This document shows, piece by piece, positions 48,572 through 56,644 of a DNA stretch of 64,000 nt. Origin of the DNA: Candidatus Omnitrophota bacterium (GTDB lineage: Bacteria; Omnitrophota; Omnitrophia; Omnitrophales; Aquincolibacteriaceae); contig JAFGHI010000030.1 of NCBI GenBank assembly GCA_016930235.1, forward strand, positions 43,834-107,833. The letters are read 5' to 3'. Position 1 is the stretch's first letter. Each line of letters starts with the position of its first letter. The notes under the pieces are model-generated. The model worked only from the letters and a program-made list of their open reading frames with translations. It did no database searches and was not told the origin of the DNA. The position numbers were made by a program, and so were the translations under genes.

Positions 48572-49555
48572 ATGATGTCTAAAATAATTTCGAATCTCCA
48601 GTATGTCCCGGCCAAGCCAATGCTGCTCGGCCGTATCTTTGTCAACTATCTTTCTCAGATAGTTCTCAGAAGGCCTCTTTTGCGAGTGGTCAATTTTGCT
48701 GTCAATTATGCCTGCCAATTGTCCTGTCAACACTGCTCGGCCGAAGGGATCAAGGATCAGAACGAGGGTCAGGGGAAGTTGACCTTAGACGAGATCAAGA
48801 AATTCTTTAAAGAAGCCGAACAGTGCGGGACAATCAATTATCATTTCACGGGAGGGGAACCTCTGCTTGAGAAGCGGTTTTATGATATTGTTTTACTCAT
48901 CCGAAAAGACAGGAATATCCTGAGTATGGTGACGAATGGTCTATTACTGGCCGAAGAAGCGGGTCGTCTGAAAGATGCAGGTTTTGATTTGATTCAAGTG
49001 AGTATTGACAGCCCTGATCCGGATGTCCATGACAAGATCCGAGGTTATCCAGGGGCTCATCAAAAGTCCTGGGAAGGTGTCGAAGCTGCGCTTGACCAGA
49101 AATTAAAAGTAATGCTTTGCATGGTGGCCACCAATGAGAACCTTGAAAACGGTGAAGTCGAAAAGCAAATTGAGATATGCCGCAAGAAGGGCATTGTCCT
49201 TCAAATTCTTCCGGCCAGGAATGTCGGAAAGTGGGAAGGCGAATCTTCGGCCCTACTTAGCGAAGAAAATAAAACTAAATTTTACAGGCTTGTCCAAGGT
49301 TTTTATGCCCGGTGGGACGGGCAGTCCAGTTATTTTCCTCCCTGCTGTTTGGCCGGAAGAGAGCGTCTCTACATTAGTCCGACAGGCGATGTCTATCCTT
49401 GCGATTTTATCCAGGAATCTTATGGAAATGTCCGAGAAGAAAGTTTGAAAAAGATATGGGAACGCATTTTAAGTACCCATCCTTATCAACAAAAAAACAG
49501 AGAATGCCTAACGGCTTTCAATGAGGAATTCATTCGACGTCCTAAACAATCTTAG
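48572..49555 (+). CDS. Radical SAM enzyme with a C-terminal SPASM/twitch-like Cys cluster
   Basis: CQLSCQHC gives the CxxxCxxC motif. The C-terminus has CCLAGRER...YPCDF. Confidence 0.75.
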   Translation: MMSKIISNLQYVPAKPMLLGRIFVNYLSQIVLRRPLLRVVNFAVNYACQLSCQHCSAEGIKDQNEGQGKLTLDEIKKFFKEAEQCGTINYHFTGGEPLLEKRFYDIVLLIRKDRNILSMVTNGLLLAEEAGRLKDAGFDLIQVSIDSPDPDVHDKIRGYPGAHQKSWEGVEAALDQKLKVMLCMVATNENLENGEVEKQIEICRKKGIVLQILPARNVGKWEGESSALLSEENKTKFYRLVQGFYARWDGQSSYFPPCCLAGRERLYISPTGDVYPCDFIQESYGNVREESLKKIWERILSTHPYQQKNRECLTAFNEEFIRRPKQS

Positions 49556-49563
49556 CCGGCATT

Positions 49564-50667
49564 TTGTCCGTTGAAAGAGAACCCTTGATGCTGAAATATG
49601 CCTTTGGAGCGTTACGAACGCTCCTTTTTCGAACTCCTTTAAATGTTCGCCTATGGGTGACGATGCGGTGTAATTACCGCTGTCAGACCTGCGGAATTCC
49701 AGAGGTCAAACCAATACCTGAAATGGGGCTAGACGAGTTTGATCAAGTTGCAGCCAATTTATCCCGCCTGGGTGTCAGCCAAGTTGTCCTCACAGGCGGC
49801 GAGGCTTTTTTAAGGAGTGATATTGTCGAAATTATTCGTTTGTTCGCGGATCGTCATTTTATTGTCCGGATTCAAACGAACGGAGGAGCGCATGTGACCG
49901 AAGATCTGCTCCGCAGAAGTTATAAGGCCGGTCTTCAGGACATCGGGATTTCGCTGGATACTTTGGATGAAGAGGCCTATGACAAATTTTGTGGGACAAA
50001 AGATGCGGTGAAAAACGCTTTACGTGTCCTCAGGTTATGTTTATCAAAATACCCCAGCCGTGGCGTCATCAGCGCCAATGTTGTCATCTCGAAAAAGAAT
50101 TTCTATGATTTACCCGCCATGATGGATTTTGTCCAGGATTTGGGGGCCTGTTTTGTGCCTTGTATCATGACCGGAAAATTCTCCGAGCTTGGGAAAAGTG
50201 AGCCAGATTATTTTCAGAGTTTTGGCCTACCTGATTTATATCAAGCAGATCCGAGTCGAGCGGAACAAATCTTTGCCGAAATCGATACACGGGTCCAGAA
50301 AGGTTATCGGATCTTGACGACCTCCCGGATTTGGGATGACCTAAGACGCTATATGAGGACAGGAGATTGCCGATGGCGTTGTTTAGCAGGAGAGATTTCT
50401 TTTGATATTACTCCGGACGGAGCCATTGCACCTTGCAGTGATACCCTTCAGGCCGCTTATGAACAGCCTGTCCTGAATGCTAAAAGCAGTGATTTTATTG
50501 AACGATTTAAGGGTTCCGGATATAGGGAGAAATGCCGGTCCTACCAGAATGAATGCCAGGGATGCCTCTACGGCTGTTACCGGGATCCTTTTTATTTAGT
50601 GACTGATCTTCGCATCCCTTTTGAGGTTTTTTTAAAATCCATTCGGTTTAAAAAGTTTCTTCATTGA
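49564..50667 (+). CDS. Radical SAM enzyme with a C-terminal SPASM domain (second copy)
   Basis: It has CNYRCQTC. The C-terminal Cys cluster is CRWRC...APCSD...CRSYQNECQGCLYGC. Confidence 0.75.
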   Translation: MSVEREPLMLKYAFGALRTLLFRTPLNVRLWVTMRCNYRCQTCGIPEVKPIPEMGLDEFDQVAANLSRLGVSQVVLTGGEAFLRSDIVEIIRLFADRHFIVRIQTNGGAHVTEDLLRRSYKAGLQDIGISLDTLDEEAYDKFCGTKDAVKNALRVLRLCLSKYPSRGVISANVVISKKNFYDLPAMMDFVQDLGACFVPCIMTGKFSELGKSEPDYFQSFGLPDLYQADPSRAEQIFAEIDTRVQKGYRILTTSRIWDDLRRYMRTGDCRWRCLAGEISFDITPDGAIAPCSDTLQAAYEQPVLNAKSSDFIERFKGSGYREKCRSYQNECQGCLYGCYRDPFYLVTDLRIPFEVFLKSIRFKKFLH

Positions 50668-50668
50668 T

Positions 50669-50851
50669 ATGAGAAAAACTTTTTTGGGGCTCCTTTTCAT
50701 TGTCGCGCTGCACGCGGTTTACACGTTTCGCGCCTTTCCTGTCTTGGATTTGGCGTTTTCGACGCCCCTCCTGAGCATTGATTACGGAACTCATTATTTT
50801 CAAACTCGGCAAACCTTAGGATTCGAGAAGATACGAATTTATCTCTCATGA
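50669..50851 (+). pseudogene. Decayed N-terminal remnant (~50 aa) of a third paralog of the downstream membrane-protein genes
   Basis: FRAFPVLDLAFSTPLLSIDYGTHYFQTRQTL aligns to the N-termini of the two downstream proteins (VFPVYQLDPGTPILINDFSIHHYQTEQML and VFPVQKLDLQTPILTHDMAFHHYQTQQAL). It then diverges and stops. Its stop overlaps the next ATG (ATGA). Confidence 0.45.
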
Positions 50852-52722
50852 AAAAAACGATTCTTTTGCTGCTTTTACTCGTTCTTGCGCAAGGATTATT
50901 TATTTATCGAGTATTTCCCGTTTATCAATTGGATCCCGGGACGCCGATTTTGATTAATGACTTTTCGATTCATCATTATCAAACCGAGCAGATGCTCTAT
51001 TTATTGAAACATTTCGGCAAGGTTTCGGGGTACGATCCTTTCTTTATGGCGGGTTATCCCGGCGTTGTGGTGAATTTGACGGATAATTACGGAGTGGCTT
51101 TCACCCTTGGTTTGTTGTCGATGTGGCTTCCTTTGGCGATTGCCGAAAAGTTATTTCTTATCGGCATGCTGTTCCTATTTCCCATTATTATTTATCTGGC
51201 AGCCGTTTGCTTAGGGCTGAGCCGGTCTCAGAGTTTTTTAGCCGGGATCCTGTTAGTCGTGGTGATGCAATATCATGAGTATTACCGGTCTTTGATGAAC
51301 TGGGGGCTTTATAGCTTTGTGATCTCTATCTTTCTATCGATCCTTTGGTTTTCGCTGATTGTCCGGTATTTTAAAGAACGAAGTCGGAGAAAATGGCTGG
51401 CCGCGCTTCTGGTGGGGGCTTATACCGTATCGGTTCATCCGCTTTCGGTGCCCATGTTTTTGAGCTTCCTTGGACCGTATCTTATCTTCGATGCCAAGAA
51501 ATTGACACGCCGCTTCTTTAACGGTCTTTTGGTGATGATGCTGTTAATCGTTCTGGCCAACAGTTATTGGATCGTCCCGTTATTGCTTCACAGCGGTTAT
51601 TATCATCAGGAAGCGATCTATCAAAAGGCGTTTGGGTTTGAAAAATTCATCAAAGATTTAATGAGTGTTGACCAAGCCATCTTTCATATCCTGATGGTCC
51701 TATCCGTGATCGGAACGCTTATTTCATTGCGAAAGAAAAAAATAGAAGCTCCGGTCGTCCTGGCTCTTTGGTGTGCCTTTTTTATTTTCTACGGCATCAG
51801 TTATTTCGGGGAACATTCGCTGGTTCAGAATTACTTTTCACATATCGAACCCGCAAGGTTTATCACCGCGGCTGTTTTTTTGATCCCGCTCTTGACGGTT
51901 TATGGGATCTCCGGTTGGGGGGAGGAGCGGATCCGGAATCTAGCTGTTCTCTTGATCTTCTCGATGATCGCGATGCAGGCATATTGCTTAAGTTCGATTC
52001 AACATCAGGATAACTGTACGGCAAGTCGTATCAAGAGGGTTCTGTGCGGGAACATGTGCCAACCGACGGAATGGGGAAAGGATATTATGGCTGAAGGAGG
52101 AGACAGGCTCGTGCGTCGAATTCGCGAGGTCACAGATCCGAGTGCGCGAATCTTATTGGAAGATCACATTTGGGACTTTGTGTATTGGGATTCACGTTTA
52201 CCGGCTTTAATGTCGATGCTAACAGAGCGAAGCTATATCGGGGGCCCTTTCCCGCACTTGTCGACAAAATATAATTTTGCGAACTTCTCAAGCGGGATGA
52301 TCTTTGGAAGGGCCATCCAGGAGATCCCGATCGGTGAGTTGATGGAGTATATGAAGCTCTACAATGTCGGATGGGCTGTTATTCATAGCCCCGAGGCCAC
52401 TCGATATTTTCAAATGCATGGAGTTCGATTCCGGTTTCTCGGCAAGGTACCGGGCCCCGAGGGGTGGGAGTTTAGATTTTATCGAGTAGCCTCTGAGAGG
52501 AATTATTTTGTTCGAGGCAAGGGCAAGGTTACGATGGAATGGAACGAATTAAAATTATCCGGATTAAGTGAGGGTGAAATTATTTTAAAGTTTCATTACG
52601 CAAGGGACCTTCGGACGAAGCCGCCCGTTTTAATCCAAAAGGTCGATTATTTGGATGATCCCATGGGGTTTATCAGATTGGAGAACCGTGAGGGCTATGA
52701 CACGATCCGGATTACTCAATGA
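50848..52722 (+). CDS. Large polytopic membrane protein with a C-terminal soluble domain (unknown family, GT-C-like architecture)
   Basis: It has ~9-10 predicted TM helices in the first ~370 aa, followed by a ~250-aa hydrophilic domain. Confidence 0.6.
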   Translation: MKKTILLLLLLVLAQGLFIYRVFPVYQLDPGTPILINDFSIHHYQTEQMLYLLKHFGKVSGYDPFFMAGYPGVVVNLTDNYGVAFTLGLLSMWLPLAIAEKLFLIGMLFLFPIIIYLAAVCLGLSRSQSFLAGILLVVVMQYHEYYRSLMNWGLYSFVISIFLSILWFSLIVRYFKERSRRKWLAALLVGAYTVSVHPLSVPMFLSFLGPYLIFDAKKLTRRFFNGLLVMMLLIVLANSYWIVPLLLHSGYYHQEAIYQKAFGFEKFIKDLMSVDQAIFHILMVLSVIGTLISLRKKKIEAPVVLALWCAFFIFYGISYFGEHSLVQNYFSHIEPARFITAAVFLIPLLTVYGISGWGEERIRNLAVLLIFSMIAMQAYCLSSIQHQDNCTASRIKRVLCGNMCQPTEWGKDIMAEGGDRLVRRIREVTDPSARILLEDHIWDFVYWDSRLPALMSMLTERSYIGGPFPHLSTKYNFANFSSGMIFGRAIQEIPIGELMEYMKLYNVGWAVIHSPEATRYFQMHGVRFRFLGKVPGPEGWEFRFYRVASERNYFVRGKGKVTMEWNELKLSGLSEGEIILKFHYARDLRTKPPVLIQKVDYLDDPMGFIRLENREGYDTIRITQ

Positions 52723-54616
52723 AATAAAACCGCCTAAAGTGTCAGCGATCTTCATGATCGTTCTCCTGATGGGTTTGCAGATTATCTTTGTGGTGAAGGT
52801 TTTCCCGGTGCAGAAACTTGATCTTCAAACGCCGATCTTAACCCATGACATGGCTTTCCATCATTATCAGACGCAACAGGCACTTTATTTGCTGAAACAT
52901 TTCGGCAAAACTTGGGGATATGATCCTTTTTACATGGCCGGTTATCCCACGGCGGTCGTGAATATGACGGATAATTTCGGGGCTGCCTTTGCGGTCGGAT
53001 TTCTTGCGTTTTTTCTGCCCTTGGCTTTGGCCGAAAAGGTTTTTCTGTTGGGGATAATGATTTTATTTCCCGTATGGATCTTTTGGGCAGCTAAAAATTT
53101 CGGATGCAGCGACCAGGAATCCTTCCTTTCAGGAATAATAGTGACATTGGTTTTACAACATCATCCTTTCTATGTCAGCATGATGAACTGGGGACTCTAT
53201 AGTTTTGTGCTTGCGGCGGCATTCTCGGTATGTTGTTTTTCGCTCATCGTTCGTTTTGTTGAAAGGCAGGATAATAGGGCTTGGTTATGGATGACCATCC
53301 TCGGGAGCTATCTGGTGTCGGTTCATCCGCTTTCGGTGCCGCTCCTTTTTTTGTTTCTCATACCGTATCTTATTCTTTCGAAAGAGGCTTGCCAGTTTAA
53401 TAATTTGATTCGAATAACGGCATCTTTTCTCGTGATGTTTTTCATGAACTTATACTGGATCTTGCCCCTTCTAAAGGCAAGCCCTCTGTACAAGCATGTC
53501 CCGACATATGTTCAGGCATTCGGAATAGAACAGTGGATGGCGGATGTCAAAGATTTGAAGCTTGTCCTCTTCCATGTATTTGCCCTCATCGGTGTCATGG
53601 CACCTATTTTTGTGTGCAAATCAGAAAAAACAAGCCGAAATTGGGTCTTATCGCTGGGGACGGCCTTCATGATCTTTTATGGTTTATCTTATTTTGGGTT
53701 TTACGGGCCTTTCAAATATTCATTAGCCCATATTGAACCGGGGCGGTTCATCGTTGTCGCCATATTTGTGATTCCCTTGCTATCGGCTGTGACCCTAAGC
53801 GAAATTGCCCGGAGCCATATTCGGAAAATGAATATATTGTTAATTGCTTTTGTTTTTTTGTCCCAACTGTTTTGTCTTTATTCCGCGGGAAAGATCAAGA
53901 AAGGGGATTTTATTTATCAAAAATGCGATCTATTGTTTTGTTCGAGTTATCGTGAGCATTCAAGATGGGGAGACGATGTCATGGCCGAGGGCGGCCAGGC
54001 TTTAGTGGATGCGATTAAACAATACACCGATTCTTCTGCCCGTATCTTATTGGAAGATCACACATGGGCTTGGGCTTATTGGGAATCGAGATTGCCGGCA
54101 TTGTTGGCGGGATTGACCGGACGGGAGTATATCGGAGGCCCGCTTAATCTTAGGATCCAACATCAGTTCGCGCATTTTGAAATCGGGAAATTATTTGGCC
54201 GATCTATTTTAAGTCTTCCGGTTGCGAAATTCTTAGATTATGTAAGGCTCTATAATATCGGCTGGGCTGTCATCCATAGTGATGAAGCCAAAATGTATGT
54301 CAGGCGGCATCCGAAAAGGTTTACCTACTTAACAAGTCTACAAGGCGCTTACGGTATAAGATTTGATCTTTATCGGATCGCAAATCATGAATCTTATTTT
54401 GTTAAGGGTGAAGGTAAAATCGAGCGTGTCGGATGGAACGAGATTGTCCTGAGCAATCTATCCAAGGGACCCGTAGTCATCAAGTATCACTACTTTGAGG
54501 GTTTGAAGACGGATCCAAAGGTGGAAATATCCCGAGTAGAAGTTTTGGATGACCCTATAGGATTTATCTCATTAGATAATTCGAAAGGGTATGCCCGGAT
54601 TCGTATAACCACATAA
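52697..54616 (+). CDS. Paralog of the preceding polytopic membrane protein
   Basis: It is collinear with the upstream protein at ~45% identity across both the TM and C-terminal domains. The start is uncertain (52655, 52697 or 52739). Confidence 0.6.
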   Translation: MTRSGLLNEIKPPKVSAIFMIVLLMGLQIIFVVKVFPVQKLDLQTPILTHDMAFHHYQTQQALYLLKHFGKTWGYDPFYMAGYPTAVVNMTDNFGAAFAVGFLAFFLPLALAEKVFLLGIMILFPVWIFWAAKNFGCSDQESFLSGIIVTLVLQHHPFYVSMMNWGLYSFVLAAAFSVCCFSLIVRFVERQDNRAWLWMTILGSYLVSVHPLSVPLLFLFLIPYLILSKEACQFNNLIRITASFLVMFFMNLYWILPLLKASPLYKHVPTYVQAFGIEQWMADVKDLKLVLFHVFALIGVMAPIFVCKSEKTSRNWVLSLGTAFMIFYGLSYFGFYGPFKYSLAHIEPGRFIVVAIFVIPLLSAVTLSEIARSHIRKMNILLIAFVFLSQLFCLYSAGKIKKGDFIYQKCDLLFCSSYREHSRWGDDVMAEGGQALVDAIKQYTDSSARILLEDHTWAWAYWESRLPALLAGLTGREYIGGPLNLRIQHQFAHFEIGKLFGRSILSLPVAKFLDYVRLYNIGWAVIHSDEAKMYVRRHPKRFTYLTSLQGAYGIRFDLYRIANHESYFVKGEGKIERVGWNEIVLSNLSKGPVVIKYHYFEGLKTDPKVEISRVEVLDDPIGFISLDNSKGYARIRITT

Positions 54617-54713
54617 AATTAAGGTATCAGTTCAAAATCGCGACAATAAGTAACATTCCTATCATCGACACCTGAATCATCCAATGCCCAAAGAAAAAAC
54701 GAATGGACGATTA

Positions 54714-54742
54714 TTGACATTTCAAACATCGTATGGTATATT
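54714..54742 (+). promoter_or_regulatory. Near-consensus sigma70 promoter, TTGACA-N17-(TGg)TATATT
   Basis: TTGACA lies at 54714-54719 and TATATT at 54737-54742, with an extended -10 TG at 54734-54735. It sits in a 300-bp AT-rich gap. Confidence 0.5.
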
Positions 54743-54754
54743 TTAAGCATTATA

Positions 54755-54784
54755 AATGTATTATAAAGTAATTTATAATACATT
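54755..54784. promoter_or_regulatory. Perfect 13-bp inverted repeat AATGTATTATAAA-gtaa-TTTATAATACATT just downstream of the predicted TSS
   Basis: It is read directly from the sequence, at about +6 to +35 relative to the predicted TSS. Confidence 0.45.
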
Positions 54785-54910
54785 GTGTCGATCGTAAAGT
54801 TGAAAATTTAGAGTTTTCCTCCGCGGGTGAGGGAGTGCTGAAGACTAAAGATCATCTCTTTAGAGGAAGGCATTTCCTCTCCCCTTTTTAGAGTGTAGTC
54901 GGATCTTTGC

Positions 54911-55138
54911 ATGAAGGCCGACTGTTGCCGGTTGAAAAGAAGTGGAGAGGGAATTCAAAGAATGGGGTTAACGGCAATGTCACGAAATATCAGAAAAGTC
55001 ATCTCATTGATTTCGAATCTGTATCGATTGGAAAAGAAACTCACCGAGATAAAGTCCAAATGCGTCAATAAAAAAGAAGGCAAATGCACGATGGAATTTC
55101 TCGGCGATAACTATCCCGTCTTCGGTCATCTATCATAG
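54911..55138 (+). CDS. Putative small Cys-containing peptide of 75 aa, or 58 aa from the internal ATG at ~54962 which has a GGAGAGGG RBS
   Basis: The ORF is bracketed by the strong promoter and a strong terminator. A helical region is followed by ...SKCVNKKEGKCTMEF... The RBS for the first ATG is weak. Confidence 0.25.
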   Translation: MKADCCRLKRSGEGIQRMGLTAMSRNIRKVISLISNLYRLEKKLTEIKSKCVNKKEGKCTMEFLGDNYPVFGHLS

Positions 55139-55161
55139 TTTAAAATTGGGACGGCAATCCG

Positions 55162-55210
55162 GGGTTAGAAATCGATGGAGTATAGGCCTTGATTTCTAAC
55201 CCTTTTTCTT
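55162..55210 (+). terminator. Rho-independent terminator (12-bp stem GGGTTAGAAATC/GATTTCTAACCC followed by TTTTTCTTT)
   Basis: A perfect 12-bp inverted repeat is followed immediately by a T-tract. Confidence 0.6.
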
Positions 55211-55463
55211 TGCAGCCCCAAAAGTTATCCGAAGATATCATCCCGATAGGACCGAGGATGCTATGGCCGAGAGTGACGGCATCTATGGGTTCTATTCTGT
55301 AAACCCCTGAGAGAGTAAGGGATTGAGAAGAAAGTCTCGATGAGTCAATAAAATACTGAATAAGTCGATGATATAGAGGATAGATTCGAAGCATTGATGG
55401 GGAGGAAAAGAAGTTTAAACCGCAAGAGTATGAACAAAGTGTCCGGACGAAAGGGGGATCTCA

Positions 55464-55646
55464 TTGCTTGAATCGGTTACGGATTCCATAGGGCAAATAG
55501 TCAATCAGCTGACGGAAATATTCAGAAGTACCGTTAGTTACCTGGGATATAACTATGGGTTAACAGAGGGGCAAAGCAACGCTTTGATAATGGGAATCCT
55601 GGGGATTTTGATCTTTATCATTCTCAGGAGCTTTTGGGGGAAATAG
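55464..55646 (+). CDS. Putative small membrane peptide of 60 aa with a TTG start
   Basis: An RBS-like AAGGGGGA lies 5 nt upstream. The C-terminus is a hydrophobic helix. Confidence 0.25.
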   Translation: MLESVTDSIGQIVNQLTEIFRSTVSYLGYNYGLTEGQSNALIMGILGILIFIILRSFWGK

Positions 55647-55767
55647 CCTGCTATTTCCCTGGGGTGCGCCGCTCTTTCCCTAGATTCAGAAAATTCCTTC
55701 CGCAGTCGGGTTAAACTAGCCAATTCATTCCTAACATGTTACAATGCAATTCTTTAAGGAGGAAATT

Positions 55768-56049
55768 GTGCCTACCTACGAATATATTTGCGATCATTGC
55801 GAACATGAATTCGAGCTGTTTCAATCGATGAAAGATAAGCCGGTTAAGAAATGCCCTTCTTGCGGGAATCTAAAGGCAAGAAGACTGATCGGACGGGGAG
55901 CCGGGATTCTATTTAAGGGAAGCGGTTTTTACCAAACGGATTATCGATCCAAAGGTTATCGTGAAAAATCAAAGGAGGAAAAATCCGGAAAGAGCCCTTC
56001 GAAGTGTTCTCCGGACTCATGTCCTTCATGTCCTCATGCGAAATCCTGA
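55768..56049 (+). CDS. FmdB-family zinc-ribbon protein
   Basis: A GTG start is preceded by AAGGAGG. The sequence is (M)PTYEYICDHCEHEFE...CPSCG. The Cys-rich tail is CSPDSCPSCPH. Confidence 0.7.
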   Translation: MPTYEYICDHCEHEFELFQSMKDKPVKKCPSCGNLKARRLIGRGAGILFKGSGFYQTDYRSKGYREKSKEEKSGKSPSKCSPDSCPSCPHAKS

Positions 56050-56100
56050 GGGATTCAATTTTCTCCATTTGAATCCAACGATGCTTATAAGGAAAACAAG

Positions 56101-56637
56101 ATGAAACCAGGAATTTATATCCCCATCGTATTTATTGCCTTTTCATTCATCATTCCAGAGTCCAGAGGAGAAACGGCTATGAAGATTACGAGCACGGCAT
56201 TTCAAGACGGAGAAATGATTCCGGTTCAATATACCTGCGATGGCGAGGATGTATCACCTCCGCTTGAGTGGCAGGATATTCCGTACGGGACTGAAAGTTT
56301 GGCCTTAATCTCGGATGATCCTGATGCCCCCATGGGGACTTGGGTCCACTGGGTGATTTATAATATTCCCGCATCCGTGGCCAATCTGCCCAAGGGAATG
56401 CCCCGGACAGGTAAATTGATGAACGGTGAAAGGCAGGGAACGACCGATTTCGGCCGCGTTGGATATGGGGGGCCGTGTCCTCCCGGAGGTACCCATCGTT
56501 ACTATTTTAAACTTTACGCCTTAGACCGGGGGTTGGATCTTAAACCCGGAATTACCAAGGAAGAACTTTTGAAGGCGATGGACGGTCATATTTTAGCCGA
56601 GGCCCAGTTGATGGGCCGATACGAGCGGTCACGATAA
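56101..56637 (+). CDS. YbhB/YbcL-family PEBP (Raf-kinase-inhibitor-like) protein with a signal peptide
   Basis: DDPDAP...WVHWVIYNIP is the PEBP signature. Confidence 0.8.
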   Translation: MKPGIYIPIVFIAFSFIIPESRGETAMKITSTAFQDGEMIPVQYTCDGEDVSPPLEWQDIPYGTESLALISDDPDAPMGTWVHWVIYNIPASVANLPKGMPRTGKLMNGERQGTTDFGRVGYGGPCPPGGTHRYYFKLYALDRGLDLKPGITKEELLKAMDGHILAEAQLMGRYERSR

Positions 56638-56644
56638 GATTTTA

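Noticed and set aside
54862-54890. Hairpin AGAGGAA-ggcat-TTCCTCT followed by CCCCTTTTT, as an intrinsic terminator
   Set aside because: The stem is only 7 bp and AT-rich, and the U-tract is separated from it by CCCC. It is at best a weak attenuator, so I did not list it as a feature.
55140-55394. 84-aa minus-strand ORF
   Set aside because: It spans the strong plus-strand terminator hairpin and the AT-rich spacer. It has no RBS and has non-coding composition.
54617-55770. tRNA, tmRNA, RNase P, SRP or 6S RNA in the long non-coding stretch
   Set aside because: There is no T-arm GTTCRANYC-type motif and no conserved core of these RNAs. Any RNA here would be of an unrecognised class.
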